Made by a program: the position numbers and the translations under genes. Below the pieces are notes generated by a model. It did no database searches. It had not been told where the DNA came from and saw only the letters and a program-made list of their open reading frames with translations. DNA of 64,000 nucleotides from Octopus sinensis (taxonomy: Eukaryota): positions 84,692,001 to 84,756,000 of the forward strand of contig NC_043001.1 in the NCBI RefSeq assembly GCF_006345805.1. Reading direction: 5' to 3'. How positions within the stretch are numbered: position 1 is the stretch's first letter; each line of letters starts with the position of its first letter. Of the stretch, positions 57,382 to 64,000 are shown one piece after another.

Positions 57382-57826
57382 TACATATATACATACATAT
57401 GTGTGTGTGTGTTTGTGTGTGTGTGGTGTGCGCGTGTGTACGCATACATACATATGCACACATATACGCACAGGTTTGAATGTGGATTCGTCCTTTAATT
57501 GGAGTAGTTTTCCAAAAAGACTTCTCACGTTGATTCTTCATACTTTGCTGAGAGCTTACTGGTGTAAATCCGCGAAGATAGAAAAATAGTATTAGAATAT
57601 TAAGTGTATGATTAATTTATGGTAATGAAGTTCTATAAATCCAATCATATACGACGTTTTAACATTTTACCGCCTCCATTTTTGACAAATACATTTGGAT
57701 TTGTAGAACTTCATTCCATAAATTAATCCTAAACTGATATATATACCTACCTACCTACCTACCACCTACTACCTACCTACCTACCTACCTACCTACCTAC
57801 CTACCTACCTACATACATACATACTT

Positions 57827-57923
<97 letters not shown>

Positions 57924-57958
57924 ACGTATGTATGTATGTATGTATGTATGTATGTATG

Positions 57959-57994
<36 letters not shown>

Positions 57995-58949
57995 TGTATA
58001 TATATATATATATCAATAATACGGGATTGTTTCTTGTCAGGAACAAAAGATTAATAGGACTGCTATAGAAGTGCTCTATTGAAAGAGACAAAAATATCAA
58101 ACTAAAGTTATTGAACAAACAAGTGCAAGGTCATCCGCATAGCATTTCATAATTCGAACATTTAATCATAGAATATACATATAAACATCCCGCTAGATGG
58201 AACATAATTCATCTGTACAAGCATTAGCATATAATAATAAGGTGTAATGTATATATATATATAATATTATATATATATATATATATTATATATATATATA
58301 TATATATAATATATATATATTATATATATATAATATATAGATATATATATATATAATATATATATACATACGCGTTCACAAGTGATCAATCTTTCGAGTG
58401 AACTTTCGTTATTTTCCCCTCTATAACCGGCGTGAAATGTTTTGAGTATACATTATCTGGGAGACTCCTCTTAAAGTAGAAGAAATAGCTAATTTTTTTG
58501 GCTGCTATTTCTAAAAGTTCGGTGTGTGGTAAAGCAAAATTTTTTTGCTGAACCCTAATTATATAAGATATATATATATAATATATATAGGCGGAAGCAT
58601 GGCTGTGCGGTATGAATCTAGCTTGCCGTCCAAACCACGTAGTTCCGGGTTCTTAAGATTGCTTCTGAGACAGGGAGCAACTGAAACGCATAGTGAAGTG
58701 CGTTAGTAATAATTCGTAAAAATCTAAAGTTATTACCCGGTCCTGTATATTTCTCCGACAGTTCGAAACAGATGTCTTTTTTTCACATGTTTAAAATTAT
58801 GTTACCATCTGATCGGCAAGCGTTTTCAACGACTGTGTATAGTTTCTCGTGTTTCTTTTGTTTTCCTTTTTACTCTGTCACTGGCGATTATCCCTAGTTT
58901 CTTGTGATTGCATTTTATGGAACTCATGGCAGAGACACTCCATCAGTAT

Positions 58950-60040
58950 TTATGCATGGCTGTGTCTTCATATCACTGCAGCTGATAGCATTCGTCTCCG
59001 CAGGAATATAACATCGTACAGATTATGTTATATAGAGTTCTAGGCCCGACATCAAGCTTCATATGCAGGTAATACCAGATGAATATTTTTCGAGTAGTTA
59101 CTAATGATCTACCTAATATCCTTAATTCCATAAAGATTGCTTATCTGTATCCATATCCCTTTTGCACATCAGGTATTTTTTGATGATTTCTTTCACTTTG
59201 AAACATTCTGGGAATATAATCATGCATGACGTTTGCGGATATGTATACATTCTCTCTTCAGGTGGCCTCTTGCAGTGGAGTTGTACATCTACTCTGAATA
59301 AACATCCTTACTCATCATTCGGGAAATATTTTCAGAGAACGTATATCTTATCCCCAAATTTCAGGGTATCAGCCTTACGTTTTCAGATTTGATCCACGGC
59401 AGGACTTCTACGTTCGGCAGACTTTGGCAGTGATATGATACGACATTCAAAGAATGTTTGGATCGATGTTAATTCACCGATACCTTGTTTTCTTTTTAAG
59501 TAAAGTTGATCAACATCACTGCCGACTTGGAATTCTCTGGTATGGATTACAATTTTCGGATTTTAACACCAACAGACTGCATTTTATCTATTGTTCAATC
59601 TCGTTGCTCAAATGTTCGTATGAGTACTACTATGGCAAACGTTGTGAGCTTTTGATGTTTTTCATACAAAATATTTAGAGCGCCATACATTATTTGTTTT
59701 GTTGTCATATTCCTGGGTTTAATGTTTTCTGTTACAGATTCCATCATACGGAATACATTCATCCATTCCTAAGCAACTGCAGCATTCCAAATGAGATATC
59801 GGGGACCGTGAATAATTATGTTCTTAGATGGGGTTGTACTTCTTCCTCGTTTTACAACCATGTAAGAACATTTATCCTAACCAAATCCCCTACGTATATC
59901 GTTTGAGACCAAAGCTTTTTATCTGTATCCTTCATATTCTTGGCATATATTTACAGCTCGTTTACACAGAAGTAATGTGTAAATTTGGGGTTTCTGTCTT
60001 CCTGTGTGTCAATCGCATAAGCTTCAGATTTCTTTGACGG
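58950..60040 (-). mobile_element. Degraded R4/Dong-like RLE LINE, RT C-terminal region
   Basis: Minus strand THYFCVNEL*IYAKN (SHLLYMDDLKLYA-like), FG*DKCSYMVVKRG, DVDQLYLKRKQG (DVDRLYLxRxxGGRG-like). Confidence 0.65.
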
Positions 60041-62210
60041 AAAAGAAAATGCGTTTACTGAAGGCATTATCAGCTACCCACAGAGCCAAGCTTACCATAT
60101 AAAGATATAACTCTGTGATACTGTATTCTATTAGTGAAAATAGAACCAGTTCCTGTATTCAACTTCAGAAGAATGGCCTAGAACGATGTCAGGTTATCAA
60201 AGGGTAGTATAATGAATTCTGCAATTTTAGCAAATGGAAAGGACTTAAAAATCTACGAGTGGGGTTCAGAATTAAATCATTTCTTGTAATTCATGAACAA
60301 GTTCCTCCTATGCTACGACATCTGCGACATCACGTGACTATGGAACAAGCTTAATAGTATGGTCATGATCACAGCCGAAACTGGTCGTATTGTCACTATG
60401 TATTCTTATTAGTATGCTTCATGTCAGTCACTGCTGATTTGTTGGTTAGTTCCAGGTTAGCCCTGATTGCGAAAACCTAGGATCAGTAACATTCCAATTG
60501 CCATTCCCTCTACGCAGGAAATGCACGACCAGATCATTGAATGCTTTCTAAGATGAAGAAATGAGGAGTGATTTGAAGGGGATTTTGCTGCTAACACTTG
60601 CAGGTCGAGTGATCACGTACAAGTTACCTTAGTGTTTCTAGTATTGCCAATGTTAAACAAATCGGTTCTTGAGAAATTAAACTGCCCCGGATGCGTATGC
60701 TTGTAGATATTTTTCTAACGCTTTATCAAAGGTAAAAGAGCAGTTTTCACATTCTATAAGGACACTACAGCTGGCGGGAAGATCAAGGAACTTATCTTAA
60801 GATCCAAGACCTAGGTAGTGGGTGGACACATTTAAAGACACAAATTTGACGAGATGCTATTGCTAAAACAAGAAACGAATTGCGTCTACCAATCAATCTT
60901 GTGAAGGATGCATCCTTCAGGTTTTCACACAATGTCCGTCATCTGAATTTTACACGCAGGAAAAATTTGTACATTAGTGGTCTCGAACAACTTACTGACA
61001 ATATGAAATCCACTTTCTTTTCTAGTTTACAGGACACCCCCCCCCAACACACACACACATCCGGTCGTGCACACACGATACCAGAAATAAAAAAAATACT
61101 TTAAGAACATTGCAGATGAGGGTCAAAGCTGTTTGTGTAAAGCAAGATGAAAAATCAGGACAAAGGAGTTTTCGTGAAAAGTGAGCTATTTAGGAACCTC
61201 TTGTTACGCAAGACAGCCACTCAGCCCAAATTCTACTTTCTAGAATCCTTCTGCTGTGTCTCACATTCTACAATCTTTTTCCCACAGAGGAAGAGGCAAC
61301 AGAAAAATGTCAATCAAGTTTTCGTGTGGTGTACCCCGTTCCTGTAAAGCTTGTGCTTGGGTTATAAATTATTACGGAACTCGCCTCCCCCATATTGTTT
61401 GATCAAGGCCATTCTGTATCAAAATTGTTATTAAGCCAACATCTAAATGAAATAACACCATATTTGTTTGGACAGTATTTTATTATTTGCAAAAATATAC
61501 CGACAATTGAAACATGATAAAAATGAATTATAGTTACCGTAGAATAAACAAAAGGGACAATATTGATTGAAACAATAAATGCTATCATTAAAATACAAGG
61601 AGAAAATCAATAACCTTAGGTCTTATCAGAGAAGCAACACACGCACGTCTTTTAACATTCAATGGCCAATTGAAATGTGACGATAAACAAGATCAGATAG
61701 GGCTTTCAAACATAGGAAGTCATTAGAAATTAAAGATCAATTTTAACAATAATTACTCAGGAAATCTGATAATGAGTCAGGAACTGTCAGAACGTGCTTA
61801 TGCAATTTTTCAGCGTTTTAAATAATACGATCACGAAGTTGTATTCATTTGGTAAGTGACTTCATTTGAGACGATGTGTCGGAACGGAAACAATTAAATG
61901 ATGGCGTAATAATGACAAACGTTTAGAATAAAAATATACACTAACGATACACTTCTTCTTTTCTTTTGTAATAGCATTTTGTAATAGAACTAAATAGTAG
62001 TATTATAAGCGCACGCATAGCTGTGTGGTAAAGAAGATCGCTTTGTAACCACGTGGTTTCGGGTTCAGTCCGACGGCATCTTGGGCAAGAGTCTTCAGTT
62101 ATAGCTCTGGAAGGACCAATGCATTGCGATCGAACTTAGAAAACGGAAACTGAGAAAGCGTATGGTGCGTGTGTGTGCGCGCGAGCGCGTATATATATAT
62201 ATATATATAT

Positions 62211-62530
62211 AATTAGTCAAAGGATATACTAGGTATGTCAACCTGCTTGAAATAACAGTCAAAACTCTTATTATTAAATCGCCCAAAAATACACCGGTGA
62301 AAAACTACAGAAATAAAACGAAGGCAAAATCAGGTTAAGATAATCTACTAACATACATTTAAGTATTAGGACTAATACTTAAATGTATGTTAGTAGATTA
62401 TCTTAACCTGATTTTGCCTTCGTTTTATTTCTGTAGTTTTTCACCGGTGTATTTTTGGGCGATTTAATAATAAGAGTTTGGACTGTTATTTCAATCAGGT
62501 AGACATACTTAGTATATGCTTTGATTAATT
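62211..62530. repeat. 320-bp near-perfect palindrome with 2-nt centre
   Basis: Arms 62211-62369 and 62372-62530; the inner about 110 bp are almost perfectly complementary (..CATTTAAGTATTAG-GA-CTAATACTTAAATG..). Confidence 0.92.
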
Positions 62531-62663
62531 TTAATCCCTCGGCTATTTAATGCTTTTTTTTTTACTTGCTATCGCCTGTGTCATTGATTCTGTTATTATC
62601 ATTTTTAAAATTGTTATATTGGATAATAATAGAATTAATGACACCTTCGTAAATTAATTTTAT

Positions 62664-62724
<61 letters not shown>

Positions 62725-64000
62725 CATGCACACACAAAAACATACACACACACACATGCATATATAGATATATGCAAATGTCTTCGTGTGCATTTTCCCC
62801 CATCGGCCTCGTATTTTTACGACTCACCAAATTAACGGTTCGGCCAAAGAGAATTTAGAATAGGTACTAGATTTAAAGAAAATCCAGGGCGATTTGCTCG
62901 ACTAATACCATTCAAGCCAGTGGACTAACATGCCCGCAGTCTAGCGATTGAAACGGTTAAAAGACAAAAGAATAAAAACAACCTCAATCATTAAAATATT
63001 TTGTCTTACATTTACACTCATATATGCAGGAAGAAATGTTGCAAAGCATATTGTCTAATGCTCTATCGATTCTGCCAGCTCGCCACTTCCTAGCAGTGTC
63101 TAATTTTGGCATGAGACCAACAATTTTAGGGGAGGGATTATCCATTACTTTTGAACAAAGTACTTGAATGGTACTTTATTTAATCGACCTTGAAAGGATG
63201 AAAGACAAAGTCGACCACGTGGAAATTCGACTCAGAATGTAGGAACCCGGAACAAATGAAATACCACGGGTTTCCCTTCAGGTATTACACGCACACACAT
63301 ACGCACACGCGCGCGTTCATATCTGTTGATTTTCCTGACCTCATTTTCTCTTAACACATACATAATTCTATATACAAGTGGATCTTCCTAATTTTTGTGT
63401 CAGAAAGATCGTTTTTTTTTGTTTCGAAAGCAGCAGGTATTTATTGACAAAAGCATGTTCACATATTGACCACGGTCAGATTCGAACTCAGAACACAAAT
63501 TGCCGGAAGGAATATCAGAAAGAAAATTATTGTCGACATAAGGATACTGCCAGCTCGTGAATTTAACTACTAATATATATATATATATATATATATATAG
63601 TCCATCATCAATGTATTTTCGCCGCCCTCTATTCTTAGGTGGTTTGTGGGGTTAGGCACATGCTCCATAGGATTCTCTCAGAAAAAACTCTCATTGCACT
63701 TTCTAACTTATATGTAAATACTATCATTCCTAACAAGCTTTTGTGTTAGGGTTCAGAAATTTTATTGAAACGATGAAAGTTTCCTCGTACAATTAATTTA
63801 ATATCTATATGTAAACAACATTAATTTATTTAAATGAAATGTTTAGGAAAAGAAATATAACTTTACTGAGAAACATATGCGTTAAGGTACATAGATACGA
63901 TTATACAAGTAAAAGGATACAAAGGTGAGTAAATAACCCTTTCTCCTACAGGTAAAACGCCTGGAATTTGGGAAAAAAGCTGGTCTATTTCATGGAGCCC

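Noticed and set aside
59225-59265. CTGAAGA...GCAAACGTC hammerhead-like motif on the minus strand
   Set aside because: It lies within a degraded R4-like coding region; GAAA is interrupted and helix II is poorly paired.
63910-63935. CAAAG|GTGAGT donor near the window end as the first exon of a next crystallin gene
   Set aside because: No ATG or recognisable exon or promoter upstream; it cannot be evaluated at the window edge.

Overview
AT-rich, microsatellite-dense eukaryotic DNA, most likely from an octopod cephalopod (inferred from the S-crystallin gene and the SINE families). One recognisable protein-coding gene is present: a 5'-partial S-crystallin (sigma-class GST-derived lens protein) on the + strand, with six exons from 2329 to 31163. 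Two of them are phase 0-0 exons encoding a long Ser/Met/Gly-rich central loop. The rest is intronic or intergenic DNA packed with tRNA-derived SINEs, RTE, Tx1-like and R4/Dong-like LINE fragments, Tc1/mariner relics and Penelope-like (PLE) palindromic elements. A 100-N gap lies at 55398-55497. The main finding is a set of minimal type I hammerhead ribozyme motifs with self-complementary helix III, carried by small palindromic repeats. They include one intact canonical copy (C3-G8, 41892-41990) and candidates with compensatory changes of the tertiary 3-8 pair: G3-C8 at 40566-40616, and U3-A8 at 17468-17506 and 15010-15046. Other notable items are an RTE insertion with twin-priming geometry and a 9-bp TSD, a young Tx1-like insertion in a (TATC)n tract, and (TAA)n-embedded RLE elements. 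All calls were made by eye. TE boundaries are approximate, family names are by motif resemblance, and ribozyme activity is untested.
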